Source of the DNA: Chiloscyllium plagiosum
Lineage: Eukaryota
Direction of reading: 5' to 3'
Assembly (NCBI RefSeq): GCF_004010195.1
Contig: NC_057719.1
Span: forward strand, 37,988,200 to 38,040,422
Length of the DNA: 52,223 bases
The notes beneath the pieces are model-generated. The model had not been told where the DNA came from. It was given only the letters and a program-made list of their open reading frames with translations, and did not search any database. The position numbers and the translations under genes are program-made. Shown here piece after piece: positions 26,136 to 39,285 of this stretch. Numbering within the stretch: position 1 is the stretch's first letter; each line of letters opens with the position of its first letter.

Positions 26136-26265
26136 CTTACCTGGTCTGGCCTACTCAGACCCATAGCAATATGGTTGAATCTTAATTGCCCTCTGGGCAA
26201 CTGGGGTTGGGCAATAAATGCTGACGAAGCCAGTAGTACCCATATCCCAGAAATGAATAAAAAAG
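26136..26265 (+). mobile_element. DeuSINE-like 3' half
   Basis: cttacctggtctggcctac...gggcaataaatgctg...atgaataaaaaa. Confidence 0.65.
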
Positions 26266-26269
26266 GAAC

Positions 26270-26790
26270 AAAATAGGTCCCCTAATATGTCAATTGGTGA
26301 TACCTTTTACATATAAGCAATAAAGATTACCATTGTATAACAGGTTAAAATGCTCCTTTAAAAGCCTTGCAGAGAATGCTTACTAGATTCATAGCATAGT
26401 TGAAGTATTTTAGGAAACACTGGAGAGCTGGCATTGCTCTCCTCCAAGCAGAGAATGTGAATGATAGCAATTATGATAAATCTCGAAGATATAAATAACA
26501 AGAAATGGTTTCCACTAACAGGACAGTGGTAACCAACGGCTACAGATTTAAAATAATTGAAAAAGAACCAAAGAAGTTTAGGAGAATCTTTTAAACAACA
26601 AGTTGTTATGATGTGAATGCAAGTAAAAGGGATGGAAAAAGATTTGCTGTAACTTTCATTAAGAAATTGGATTTACACTTAAAAAGGAAAACATGCAGGG
26701 CTATGGGAAAGAGGAGAAAAATGCAAATAATTAGCTAGCATTTTAAACAACCAGTACAGGCCCAATAGGCTGCATGGCTGTGCCCATGAC
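26270..26790 (+). mobile_element. Old CR1 3' fragment
   Basis: Degenerate ORF2 end and tail (caggcccaataggctgcatggct). Confidence 0.5.
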
Positions 26791-28469
26791 TCTGTGATTA
26801 GTAAGCCTTGCTCATACCAAAGGATGTAAAAGTCCATTTACTAGCTGTTTAAACTGTGAGCTCTGGATGGTTGCATTCATAGCAGGTCATCATGACCGCT
26901 ATTGAATATGCACTGTTTGGTTTCGTACTAAATGTCACTGCGTGTAAGGGGGGATAATCACACAGTTGATGCATGAGCTAAAATTTAAAGCAGAAAAACT
27001 AGCAGGAGTGTCAGAGCCAGTAGTTTGTACCAGCCTAGTATGAATTTCCTGCATCACAGCCCAGATCCATATCAAAGACAAGACATGGCAGTTATTTCTC
27101 TGATTTCTACCTGGTGTCGATAAGAATTTTGTATACACTGAGTTACAATAAGCACCTCAACTACATCATAACAGCTGTCACTCAGTGAATGTTACATTAA
27201 TGTTCATCTTTTATACTGATACCTAGTAAATGAAACAGCAGAATTATCTTTGTTATTACTGAAATCCACTGTTGTAATGTGAGTTCAATATTCAAACCCA
27301 CACGGGAATTTGTTTGTCAAGCAGACAGTTCATTTAAAATATCAGAATCTGCAAGCAACAATGTACAGTGATATTGTTCTCTTTTTAAAACAAAATCTAT
27401 TCCTCTTTTATGAAGCCTGTTGCTAAATAGTTCCAAAAGGCACTCAATAATTTGCTCCAGTGATACTTTGTCAGTGTGTGTCCACATAGAATTGCAGGTT
27501 ACTTAATCAGCGGGCGGTCACAGGCTGAATTTGATCTAAACCTCATTCATTCGCATGCACTCTTTTCAACATTTCCCACCGGAAAAGTAACTTTTGCTGC
27601 TTTTTTTCACTGCACTCCAGCTTTGGGAAGTCCCTGACTCTCACCCTCCCTCAACTACCCTGCCCCAATGCCTCCTCAACTACCCCTCCTCCTCCTCCAC
27701 CATACTGCTCCTGGTGCAAATCAGGATCAAAATTTGTTTAAAATTAAAATTAAATTTGCTCTGTATGAATCAGTGCAACAGGCTGTCAAGGAACTTCCTT
27801 GAATTTTAATTTTGAAGATTAACATTCAGGCAAGAAATGCAAAATGAGTATCTTCAAAAGGAAACGCTATCTCAAACCTTTGACAAGAAGCCAATAACAT
27901 TTTGAGAGGATTGATTAAGAAGATTGGAAGAAATAGATTCTCAGATAGAGTTGCCATGTAAGTGTGCAAGTAGGCAATAGACGTTTAGAGATTAGGGCTC
28001 TGTTGCTATGATCTGGACTTGGTATTAATGCTGCCTACTCATCTCATTACACATCATAAGATGATTCATCATGCAATTGGGGAGGGAAGACAGAAGATGG
28101 CAAACTGTTTATGTTACAGCAAGTTATGCTTTAGCTGCTGGCTTCACTGAAGTCACCTATTGTTTTTGACTGATCAGCAAATCATAAACAGTCAAAGTGG
28201 CTTTCTGGAATTCCCAGGGGAAATATGTAGTTTAGCTGGAGGGTATATTACAGTTGAAAAATTGCAACCAAAACTGCTGCCTCAGATGATGTTTAGTTCA
28301 AATGCATAACCAAAAGAAAAAAAAATCACAGACTTAATAGAAGTTAAACTTAATCATTGAAAAATAATTAAAATACTCAGGGGAAGAAACTGTTCAGGCA
28401 TAGTGTAGCATGCACGGAATCCGACAGTGTTGAAGCAGACCATTCAGCTCAGATCAACCTTCCAAAAAG

Positions 28470-28660
28470 CATCCCACCCTCTACATTTCACATGGCTAAT
28501 TCACCTGCACAACTTTGGACTGTGGGAAGAAACTGGAGCATTCAGGGGAAACCCATGCAGACACAGGGAGAATGTGCAAACTCCACGCAAGTCGCCTGAG
28601 GGTGGAATTGAACCCAGGTCCCGAGCACTGTAAGGCAGCAGTGCAGACCACTGAGCCACC
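28470..28660 (-). mobile_element. HE1/V-SINE-like tRNA-derived SINE
   Basis: Minus strand ggtggctcagtggtctgcactgctgcc..gggttcaattcc..tggagtttgcacattctccctgtgtctgc. Confidence 0.85.
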
Positions 28661-29007
28661 ATCACAGAAATCAGGAAGGTCCTCGGCTGAGTTATTTGAT
28701 TTCATCTGAGCTGGAAGGATGGAGAGGAATGGCAGTTAACCTTTTACCCAAAAGCTGTGAAAAGGAAATATTAGCCATGGCTCCCATCCCTTTATTTGCT
28801 ATCTTGTTGCCCCTTTTAGAAAGGGAAGGTATTTTGGATGTGAAATTTGGATCAGTAGCATTTACTTGTTCTATTTGGTGTCTAAGATTGTAGCCTTGGC
28901 ATGTGTATGCATTGAAATGAATTGCACAAGACACTATACTGGTGATTGCATTCATGCCATACAGATGAATGGCCAGCAGTGGTATGCAGAGTAAGGAGAT
29001 CAAGATG

Positions 29008-29134
29008 GGAGAAAGTGAGGACTGCAGATGCTGGAGATCAGAGTTGAGAGTGTGGTGCTGGATACGCATAGCAGGTCAGACAGCATCCAAGGAGCAGGAG
29101 AATCGACGTTTTGGGCAAAAGCCCTTCATCAGGA
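29008..29134 (-). mobile_element. Solo PLE pLTR starting at the hammerhead
   Basis: Minus strand CTGATGA-A-GGGCTTTTGCCC-AAAA-CGTC (GAAA mutated). Possible TSD aggagatc at 28994-29001 and 29131-29138. Confidence 0.85.
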
Positions 29135-29304
29135 GATCTTGCTAACTGTTGTGTTATTTTGGATTTCATTGCTCCGTCTAATTTCTTCTTTAATGAAGCA
29201 AGGCCGAACACACAATCAACCTCAGATGACTGCCATTGGTATGACTCAAAAAGGACCATCGACTGCCCTGAGGCAAGTTGATGATTCATACCTTCTGGCT
29301 GTAG

Positions 29305-30350
29305 CTTCACAGAATCTCAGAATTGTTATGGCACAGAAGGAAGCCGTTCAGCCAATTACATCTACATGAGCTGTCCAATGAGTATTATGACTGGGTGAAA
29401 TTCATCTGCTTTCCCCCTGTAACTTTGCACATTGATATGAATAGAAACAATCATCCAATATCAATTTGAGTGCTGCAAATGACTCTGCCTCCACTGCAGT
29501 GTCAGGCTGTGCATTCCAGACCTAAACCATGCTTCTCTGAAAATATTATTTTCTCACAGCACATTTGTTAAATTTAAATTTACAAATTACATTAAATCTC
29601 CCCCTCTTATTATCAATCCTTTTATGATCAGGAATAATTTCTCCCTATCTACTCTATCCAGGTCTGGATAGATTTTGAAACTTCAATCAAATCTCATCTT
29701 AACGGTCTTCTCTCCAGGGAGAACAGAGCCTAACTCTCCAATTGAGAGTTGATCTTTCAGAATTGAAGGTTTCTCATCCCTGAAACCATATTTATAAATC
29801 TCTTCTGCACCCTCTCCGATGTATTTATTGTTATTGACAATCACTTGCTAATGAGGAAGATTGTCCATTTAGGAATGCATCCACATCCTTCCTAATGTGT
29901 GGCTCCAAGAACTAAATGCAATATTTCCAGCTGATTTTGAACAAGTGTCTTATACAAGATCACCATCACCTCCTTGCTCTTGTATTCTATGACCCTACTA
30001 ATAAAGCCCAGGTTACTGAATGATTTTTTTTTAACTGATCTCTCCCATCTTCCCATCTGATGTTCTCCCATCTTCAGTAATCTGTGTACACATACACCCA
30101 GGTCCCTCTGCTCCTGCGCCCCTCTGAACTGTCAGATCTCCTATTTTATTTTGTCTGACGATGTTGTTCCTATCAAAATGCATCATCATCATCTGTATTG
30201 AACTACATTTGCCATGTATCTACCCATGTATTCACTGTGCCTATATTCATTTGGAGTTATACACTGTCCTCCCCACAGCTTACAATTCTTCCAAGTTTCA
30301 TATCATCCGCAAACTTTTAAATCATCCCCTGCACATCAATTGTTAAACCT
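29305..30350 (-). mobile_element. Old CR1 3' portion
   Basis: Reverse CR1 tail (cacagaatctcagaattgttatggcacagaagg) and FADD-like atcatccgcaaactt. Confidence 0.7.
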
Positions 30351-31167
30351 AGCTTCCAATTGAAACCTTAAAATCTACATGTATCTGGTTCTTTCTATTG
30401 TTGTGTAAATTTGCAAAAAGCCTGCAATGAGTGGTGCTTAAGATGTTTTTGCTGACTTCAAGGATTCTTTCAAAACCTTGACACAAGTCTGCTGGTAGCC
30501 TTTCCCCTTAGAAAACAGCAAGACTTAGAAAATAACCAGGAGTGCTGAAAGAAGGAAGGATGAAAAGGATAGGTAGAACAGCTTTCAATTAGAGGTCGTC
30601 TCCACCAGGGAATTCAAAAAGTAATTGTCCTGCAGCTCAACAATGTATGATGTATCTGCGTTTATATAAGATGATCACACTAAAATCTGCGACCTGCTGC
30701 ATTCCCCCTGTAACTTTAGTGAATGGCAGGGATATATTGGAAGTGACTGAGGCTGATTGAGGTGATGATTCTTTCATGTGTCTGCTGGAACTGGAACTGG
30801 AGCTGGAGCTGGAGATATTTTTGCAGTTTTCCATAGATTGTTGATTAAGGAAGGTCACTCTAAGTCTATGCTCTCTCTATTCTTACAGAGCTAATTACAT
30901 TTCTTTCTCTCTTGTCAGAATTAAGTACACACAGTTTTGTTGGGAAGGTAGTCTTCCCTATTGTGCGGGTGCCACATGCTAATTCTGCTCTATGCTGAAA
31001 ACAAGGAGACTCACTATCTTAATATCCAGCTGATATGCAACCATATAAAGAGAATCATGGAGGTAATGCTAAAAGCTGGGAAGCACACTTAGTGCTTTCT
31101 TTGTGTGTTCACTGCATCAGCAGCATATGAACCATCAGAATAGGTACTGGGCAATGAGGTCTACCAA

Positions 31168-32632
31168 GGTGTAGCCATGGGCCCCAGCTATGCCTGTCTC
31201 TTTGTTGGCTACGTGGAACAGTCCATCTTCCGTAGTTACACCGGCACCACTCCCCACCTCTTCCTCCGCTACACTGATGACTGCATCGGCGCCACCTCAT
31301 GCTCCCGCAAGGAGGTTGAGCAATTCATAAACTTCACCAACACGTTCCACCCTGACCTTAAATTCACCTGGACCATCTCTGACACCTCTCTCCCCTTCCT
31401 GGACCTCTCCATCTCCATCAAAGATGACTGACTTAATACTGACATTTTTTACAAACCCACCGACTCTCTCAGCTATCTGGATTACACTTCCTCCCACCCT
31501 ACCTCCTGCAAAAATGCCATCCCGTATTCCCAATTCCTGCGCCTCCGCTGTATCTGCTCCCAGGAGGACCAGTTCCACCACAGAATACACGAGATGGCCT
31601 CCTTCTTTAAAGGCCATAATTTCCCCTCCCATGTGGTTGAAGATGCCCTCCAACGCATCTCATCCACATCCCGCACCTCTGCCCTCAAACCTTACCTCTC
31701 CAACCACAACAAGGACAGAACCCCCTGGTCCTCACCTTCCATCCCACCAACTTCCGCATAAGCTGCATCATCCACCGACATTTCCAGCACGTACAAACGG
31801 ACTCCACCACAAAGGATATATTTCCCTCCGCATCCGTATCCGCTTTCCACAAAGTCCATTCTCTCCGTGACCACCTGGTCAGGTTCACACCACCCCCCAA
31901 CAACCAACCCTCCCGTCCTGGCACCTTCCCCTGCCACCGCAGGATTTGCAAAACCTGCACCCACACCTTCCCCCTCACCTCCATCCAAGGCCCCAAAGGA
32001 GCCTGCATGTTTCACTAATGTCATTTATTGTATCCGTTGCTTCCGATGCGGTCTCCTTTACATTGGGGAGACTGGTTGCCTTCTCGCAGAGCGCTTTAGG
32101 GAACATCTCCGGGACACCTGCACCAATCAACCCCACTGCCTCGTGGCTGAACATTTCAACTCCCCCTCCCACTCTGCCGAGGACATGCAGGTCCTGGGCC
32201 TCCTCCATTGCCGCTCCCTCACCACCTGATGTCTGGAGGAAGAATGCTTCATCTTCCGCCTCGGAACACTTCAACCCCAGGGCATCAATGTGGACTTCAC
32301 CAGTTTCCTCATTTCCCCTCCCCACACCTTATCCCAGTTCCTACCCGCCAGCTCAGCATCGTCCTCATGACCTGTCCTACCTGCCTCTCTTTCTTTCCAC
32401 CTATCCACTCCAACTTCCTCTCCAACCTGTCACCTTCATCCCCACCTCCATCCACCTATTGCAATCTTAGCTACCTTCTACCCAGCCCCACCCCCACCCC
32501 CTTCCATTTATCTCTCCACCCTGGATGCTCCCTGCCTCATTCCTGATGAAGGGCTTTTGCCTGAAATGTCAATTTTCCTGCTCCTAGGATGCTGCCTGAC
32601 CTACTGTGCTTTTCCAGCACCACTCTAATCTT
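31168..32632 (+). mobile_element. Penelope-like element, 5'-truncated (RT C-half + GIY-YIG + pLTR)
   Basis: MGPSYACLFVGYVEQ..RYTDDCIG..LPFLDLSIS and NVIYCIRCFRCGLLYIGETGCLLAERFREH. Same family as 1-1940. Confidence 0.93.
32543..32570 (+). ncRNA. Minimal hammerhead ribozyme (PLE pLTR)
   Basis: CUGAUGA-A-GGGC-UUUU-GCCU-GAAA-UGUC. Confidence 0.65.
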
Positions 32633-33689
32633 GTCTCTTCCCAGTGTTAACATGACTGATAATTTTGGTGTACAACTCTCACGCATACATGGACATTATT
32701 TATTCATTGAGAGCTCTGCTGCCAAGGAAATGTGATAGAACAGACCATTGACGTGTTGATCCAATGTTTCCGCTATTTGGTCTGCTTTGGAGAAGCAATG
32801 CAGCAGTCAAGTGAGTATCAAGATTTGTGGTGGCAATCTGTATGCTACTCAATATCACCATGATGACGGGACAGCCCTTTCACCAACTTTTCATCAAGCA
32901 ACTCAGGAGGAGGCAGGAGAGGATGTGACTTGCACTGTCCTTTATGGTTGGGCAGGATTATCTGGCTGAGAGCAACAGTAAAGATACAGGTGGAATGCCA
33001 AGTGTTGGATGTTAATGTTGCTTTCTTGAAGGAAAGCAGTGGCTTGGTGCTCCATGCAGCCACCGTCATTCCCCTGAAGCAGAACCTCATCAAATCTAAC
33101 AAGCATTTTAGTACACAATGAGTCAGGCTGCTGGCCGATCAAAGCTGACTTCAGTCTGAGCTTCCATTCCATCACTCAGATTTCTGATACAAGTTGTTTG
33201 TGCTGCAATGGAGTTAATGCTATGATTATTTATTCTATCATGGTTGGTCCAATTGAACAAGTCAAGATGGAGTTGTCTATCACTTACATACTGGAAACGA
33301 TGGACTCCGAGATCCATGCAATCTTTGTGTCACACTGTTGCTTGAGCCCTTCACTCCTTCACATTGAGTGCAGGTTCTCTATTAGGCTTCCCAATGCACT
33401 AGGCAGTTTATTGTGTAAACCCATCAATCTTCTTCTATACACAGCAGGAGGTTTAACATCTGCCATTTTAGCTCCTCCCTGCTCAATGTCCAAGTTCCCC
33501 AATATTCCTTCCAGATGTCCAGAACTTCAAACTCGTTCATTGATTTTGATATTTACCACGGAGACCCCTTATGCTCCAATGCCTTCATGGTTTTGCTTTC
33601 AGCAGAGCTAATTTATATTCTGCTATCAACACATATCATTAGCATCTCTGCTGGGTCTGTGCTTTGTCACTTCTCTACAACCATTTCCA

Positions 33690-33935
33690 CTCCCAATGTC
33701 TTTTGTCTGCAACACCTCATCCCCTAACATTTTCCTGACCTTCCCTTCAGTTCCACTTGCTCCTACCCACCTTTTTCAACAGCGTAAAAGTCATCACATT
33801 GACACCTCTCTTCATCTCTGAAGAAAATTCATATTGAAGCTGAAATGTTAACTCTATGTTACTCTCTCAGATGCTTTAAGACCTTTTTTTTCCAGCACTT
33901 CCAGACTTTCTTTTCAGATTTCCAGTAGTATTTTG
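33690..33935 (+). mobile_element. Ancient PLE 3' end/pLTR
   Basis: ctgaagaaaattcatattgaagctgaaatgttaactct (eroded hammerhead) and ttttcagatttccag tail. Confidence 0.5.
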
Positions 33936-34439
33936 CTTTCATACTTGGTGTGAGGAGGATTAACCATGAAAATACCATCTTCAATATTTCTACGTTCTCC
34001 ACCGGCCAAACCTTAGCATTGAGTGTCTCAATAATTGCCAATCATATCTTCTCTTTGGGGATCAGGATTTACAAGCCTGTCTTCTGTATCAGTGGACCTG
34101 CGCAGTTAATGCCTTTGCTGTTTGAATTCATGTATCACTGGACATCGGAGTGCATCTGGGAAAATTAACAAATAGTGAAATTCGCAACTAATCTTGGAGA
34201 AACATGTTTGGGAGAGGTCACAACACAGAAACAGATAAGTGAATATTTTAAGCGTGGCCTTACAGTAAGTCTGCAGTGGTGAGTAGAGTGGGTTCTTTCT
34301 TGATTATATGTTTTATTGAGATATGTCTCTTGATTATACTTAAAATATAAGTCATAAGTATTAATTTAACCTGGAGCAATGTTTTGTAGAAGAATAAGAC
34401 AGTGCTATTTTCTGGGTCTGTAGATTGAAAGAAGCAAAA

Positions 34440-35375
34440 ATGGCCCTTAGTAGAGTGATATGCTCTTTTTGTTGGATGTGGAAGTTTAGGGAGAGTTTAC
34501 GGATTACTGAGGATTACATTTGCGATAAATGCCATTGTTTGCGAATCCTGTCATATCGAATGGATCGGTTGGAGAGACAGTTAGAGACAATGAGGAATTT
34601 ACAAGAGCAAGGTGATGTGATGGATGGCAGTTACAAGAAGGGGGAAAATCTCAGATACAGTCACATAGATGGGTTAACTCCAGGAAAGGTAAGAGAGGTA
34701 GGCAGGTAGTGCAGGAGTCTTCTGTGGCTATTCCCATTTCAACCAGGTATGCTGTTTTGGAAAATGTAGGGGGTGATTGATTCTCAGGGGAACGTAACAT
34801 GAACATCTAAGTTTCTGGTATTGAGACTGGCTCTAATGCAATGAGGGGTACGTCAGGTTCCAAGATATCAATTGTGTTAGGGGATTCTGTAGTCCGACGT
34901 ACAGACAGACGTTTCTGTCGCCAGCAGCAAAAAAGCAGAATGGTGTGTTGCCTTCCTGGTGCCAGGATAAAGGATGTCTCAGAGAAGGTGCAGAATGTTC
35001 TCAAGGGGGAGAGGGCCCAGCAGGAGGTCATTGTCCACATTGGAACCAACAACATAGGAAGGGAAAAGGTTGAGATTCTGAAGGGAGATTCACAGAGAGT
35101 TAGGCAGAAATTTAAAAAGGCGGTCCTCGAGAGTAGTAATATCTGGATTACTCCCAGAGCTATGAGTTAGTGAGGGCAGAAATAGAAGGATAGAGCAGAT
35201 GAATGCATGGCTGAGAAGCTGGTGTATGGGAGAATGATTCACATTTTTGGATCACTGTAATCTATTTTCGGGTAAAAGTGACCTGTACAAGAAGGACGGA
35301 TCGCACCCACATTGTAAGGGGACTAATATACTGGCAGGGAGATTGGCTAGAGCTGCTTGGGAGGATTTAAACTAG
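34440..35375 (+). pseudogene. CR1 ORF1 (zinc finger/leucine zipper + SGNH esterase), frameshifted
   Basis: MALSRVICSFCWMW..YICDKC..RMDRLERQLE and IVLGDSVVR..CCLPGARI..VHIGTNNIG. Confidence 0.85.
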
Positions 35376-38105
35376 TAAGGTGGGGGATGGGACCCAGGGA
35401 GATAGTGAGGAAAGAGATCAATCTGAGACTGGTACAGTTGAGAACAAAGGCGAGTCAAACAGTCAGGGCAGGCAGGAACAAAGCAGTGAACAAGAACGGA
35501 TAAATTAAACTGCATTTATTTCAATGCAAGAGGCTTAATAGGGAAGGCAGATGAACTCAAGGCATGGTTAGGAACATGGGACTGGAATATCATAGCAATT
35601 ACGGAAACATGGCTCAGGATGGACGGGACTTGGAGCTTAAAGTTCCAGGATACAAATGATACAGGAAGGACAGAAAGAGGGAGGCAAGAGAGGAGGGGGA
35701 GTGGTGTTTTTGATAAGGGATAGCATTACAGCCATACTGAGGTAAGATACTCCCTGAAATACAACCAGGATGTTATTTGGATGAAACTGAGAAATAAGAA
35801 AGGGATGATCACTTTATTGGGATTGTATTGTAGACCCCCTAATAGTCAGAGGGAAATTGAGAAACAAATTTGTAAGGAGAACTCAGTTATCTGTAAGAAT
35901 AATATGGTGGTTGTGTAGGGGGATTTTAACTTTCCAAACATAGACTAGGACTGTCATAGTGTTAAGGGATTAAATGGAGAGGAATTTGTTAAGTGTGTAC
36001 AAGAAAAGTTTCTGATTCAGTATGTGGATGTACTAACTACAGAAGGTGCAAAACTTGACCTAATCTTGGGAAATAAGGCAGGGCAGGTGACTGAGGTGTC
36101 AGTGAGGAAGCACTTTTGGGCCAGCGACCATAATTCTATTAGACTTAAAATAGTGATGGAAAAGGACAGACCAGATCTAAAAGTTGAAGTTCTAAATTGG
36201 AGAAAGGCAAATATTAGGCAAAGAATTTTCAAGAGCTAATTGGGCACAGATGTTCGCAGGTAAAGGGACGGCTGGAAAATGGGAAGCCTTCAGAAATGAG
36301 ATAACGAGAGCCCAGAGAAAGTATATTCCTTTCAGGGTGAAAGGAAAGGCTGGTAGGTGTAGGGAATGCTGGATGACTAAAGAAATTGAGGGTTTGGTTA
36401 AGAAAAAGAAGGAAGCATATGCCAGGTATAGACAGAATACATCGAGTGAATCCTTAGAAGAGTATAAAGGCAGTAGGAGTATACTTAAGAGGGAAATCAG
36501 GACGGCAAAAAGGGGACATGAGATAGCTTTGGCAAATATAGTTAAGGAGAATCCAAAGGGTTTTTACAAATAAATTAAGGACAAAACGGTAACTAGGGAG
36601 AGAATAGCGTCCCTCAAATATCAGCAAGGCAGCCTTTGTGTGGAGCCGCAGGAGATGGGAAAGATATAAACGAGTATTTTGCATTGGTATTTACTGTGGA
36701 AAAGCACATGTACAGACATAGACTGTAGGAAATAGATGGTGACATCTTGAAAAAATGTCCATATTATAGATGAGGAAGTGCTGGATGTCATGAAACGCAT
36801 AAAAATAGATAAATTCACATGACCTGATCATGTGTACCTTAGAACTGTGTGGGAAGATAAGGAAGTGATTGCTGGGCCTCTTACTGAGATAATTGTATCA
36901 TCGATAGTCACAGCTGAGGTGTCAGAAGACTGGAGGTTGGCTAACATGGTGCCATTGTTTAAGAAGGGTGGTAAGGACAAACCAGGGGAACAATAGACCA
37001 GTGAGCCTTGTATCAGTGGTGGGCAAGTTGTTGGAGAGAATCCTGAGGGACAGGATGTACATGTATTTGGGAAGGCAAGGACTGATTCTGGATAGTCAAC
37101 ATGGCTTTGTGCATGGGAAATCATGTCTCACAAACTTAATTGAGTTTTTTGAAGAAGTAACAAAGAGGATTGATGAGGGCAGAGAGGTAGATGTGATCCA
37201 CGTGGACTTCAGTAAAGCGTTCGACAAGGTTCCCCATGGGAGACTGATTAGCAAGGTTAGATCTCATGGAATACAGGGAGAACTAGCCATTTGGATACAG
37301 AACTGGCTCAAAGGTAGAAGACAGAGGGTGGAGGCTTGCTTTTCAGACTGGAGGCCTGTGACCAGTGGAGTGCCACAAGGATCTGTGCTCGGTCCACTAC
37401 TTTTTGTCATATATATAAATGATTTGGATGTGAGCATAAGAGGTTTAGTTAGTAAGTTTTGTAGATGACACCAAAATTAAAGGTACAGTGGACAGTGAAA
37501 AAGGTTACCTCAGATTACAACAGGATCTTGATCAGATGGGCCAATAGGTTAAGAAGTGGCAGATGGAGTTTAATTTAAATAAATGTGAGGTGCTACATTT
37601 TGGGAAAGCAAATCTTAGCAGGACATATACACTTAATGGTAAGGTCCTAGGGAGTGTTGCTGAACAAAGAGACCTTGCAATGCAGGTTCATAGCTCCTTG
37701 AAAGTGGAGTTGCAGGTAAATGGGATAGTGAAGAAGGCATTTGGTATGCATTCTTTTATTGGTCAGAGTATTGAGTACAGGAGTTGGGAGGTCATGTTGT
37801 GGCTGTACAATTCTGGTCTTCCTATCAGAAGAATGTTGTGAAACTTGAAAGAGTTCAGAAAAGATTTCCAAGGATGTTGCCAGGGTTGGAGGAATTGAGC
37901 TACAGGGAGAGGCTGAACAGGCTGGGGCTGTTTTCCCTGGAGCGTCGGAGGCCGAGGGGTGACCTTATAGAGGTTTACAAAATTATGAGGGGCATGGAGA
38001 GGATAAGCAGACAACGTCTTTTCCCCGGGTTGGGAGAGTCCAGAACTAGAGGGCATAGGTTTAGGGTGAGAGGGGAAAGATATAAAAGAGACCGAAGGGT
38101 CAACC

Positions 38106-38495
38106 TTGTTGTGGTTCTGTTCGCCGAGCTGGAAATTTTTGTTGCAAACGTTTCGTTCCCTGTCTAGGTGACATCCTCAGTGCTTGGGAGCCTCCTGTGA
38201 AGCGCTTCTGTGATGTTTCCTCCGGCATTTATAGTGGCCTGTCCCTGCCGCTTCCGGTTGTCAGTTTCAGCTGTCCGCTGTAGTGGCCGGTATATTGGGT
38301 CCAGGTCGATGTGTTTGTTGATGGAGTTTGTGGATGGAAAAGGGACAGGCCACTATAAATGCCGGAGGAAACACCATAGAAGCGCTTCACAGGAGACTCC
38401 CAAGCACTGAGGATGTCACCTAGACTGGGGACGAAACGTTTGCAACAAAAATTTCCAGCTCAGCGAACAGAACCACAACAACGAGCACCCGGAGC
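38106..38495 (-). mobile_element. Young PLE 3' end with inverted pLTR (141-bp arms), a different family from 1-1940
   Basis: Arms 38106-38246 and 38341-38481. The spacer on minus encodes STNSINKHIDLDPIYRPL, a PLE endonuclease C-terminus-like motif. Confidence 0.88.
38404..38443 (+). ncRNA. Minimal type I hammerhead ribozyme, core intact (mirror copy at 38143-38183 on minus)
   Basis: GCA-CUGAGGA-U-GUC..GAC-GAAA-CGUU|UGC: helix I GCA/UGC, palindromic AACGUU helix III, predicted GUU cleavage after 38440. Confidence 0.8.
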
Positions 38496-38833
38496 ACCCA
38501 CAATATTAGCATCTGTAGCATATGATATTGGAAGAAGCATTCACTAACCCTTACCACTTGTTTGACTTTGGGTCAAACTTTGGGTATGTGTATGAAATGA
38601 GCTGCCAGAATAAGTGGTGGAGGCTAGTACAATTGCAACATTTAAAAGGCATCTGGATGGGTATATGAATAGGAAGGATTTGGAGGGATATGGGCCAGGT
38701 GCTGGCAGGTGGGACTAGGTTTGGTTGGGATATCCAGTCGGCATGGACAGGTTGGACTGAATGGTCTGTTTTCGTGCTGTACATCTCTATGACTTTGACT
38801 CTATGTTGCTTCTCGCTACTGATCACCTTGTCC

Positions 38834-39058
38834 TTCAGGCGACTGACTGTGTGGAGTTTGCACATTCTCCCTGTGTCTGCGTGGGTTTCCTCCGGGTCCA
38901 AAGATGTGCAGATCAGGTGAATTGGCTATGCTAAATTGCCCGTAGTGTTAGGTAAAGGGATAAATGTAGGGGAATCGGTGGGTTACGCTTCGGTGGGTCG
39001 GTGTGGATTTGTTGGGCCGAAGGGCCTGTTTCCACACTGTAAGTAATCTAATCTAATC
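38834..39058 (+). mobile_element. HE1/V-SINE-like SINE, 5'-truncated
   Basis: caggcgactgactgtgtggagtttgcacattctcc...gggccgaagggcctgtttccacactgtaag followed by (taatc)n. Confidence 0.88.
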
Positions 39059-39136
39059 TCATCTAATCACCAGAGAGGGAAGCGTGTCAATCAGTGTTGT
39101 GCAATCTGGTTGGCTTATTGTCATGGTAGAATAGCT

Positions 39137-39285
39137 TGTTTAGAAACAAACAAACTGCAGATGCTGGACAAGCAGGAGGCTGGAAGAACACAGCAACCCT
39201 GAAGGAGGGTTCCACCTGAAATGTCAACTTCTCCACCTCCTGATGTTGCCTGGCTTGCTGTGCTCTTCCAACCTCCTGTTTGCCT
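39137..39285. mobile_element. Inverted PLE pLTR mini-insertion with 14-bp TSD
   Basis: TSD atggtRgaatagct at 39123-39136 and 39286-39299. Arms gcaggaggctggaagaacacagcaa and ttgctgtgctcttccaacctcctgt. Degenerate core ctgaagg-agggttccacct-gaaa-tgtc. Confidence 0.8.

Larger units (their letters stand above)
35505..38670 (+). pseudogene. CR1 ORF2 (APE endonuclease + reverse transcriptase), disrupted
   Basis: [67 protein letters not shown]. Confidence 0.9.
34215..38795 (+). mobile_element. Near full-length CR1 LINE (ORF1 + ORF2, inactivated), interrupted at 38106-38570
   Basis: 5' UTR, ORF1 with CxxC..CxxC, coiled coil and SGNH esterase, ORF2 with APE and RT, canonical 3' tail. Confidence 0.93.

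Noticed and set aside
26815..27000. Possible exon (minus acceptor at about 26978, or a short + exon VIMTAIEYALFGFVLNVTA)
   Set aside because: All three minus frames hit stops before a donor, and the + candidate has no supporting partner exons.
30637..30858. Ser-rich ORF with (ctggar)5 hexamer repeat
   Set aside because: Low complexity, with no convincing splice sites or homology.
32640..33690. Region with several ORFs, possibly an ancient RTE-like LINE (also about 46040-46330)
   Set aside because: Too degenerate to assign with support.
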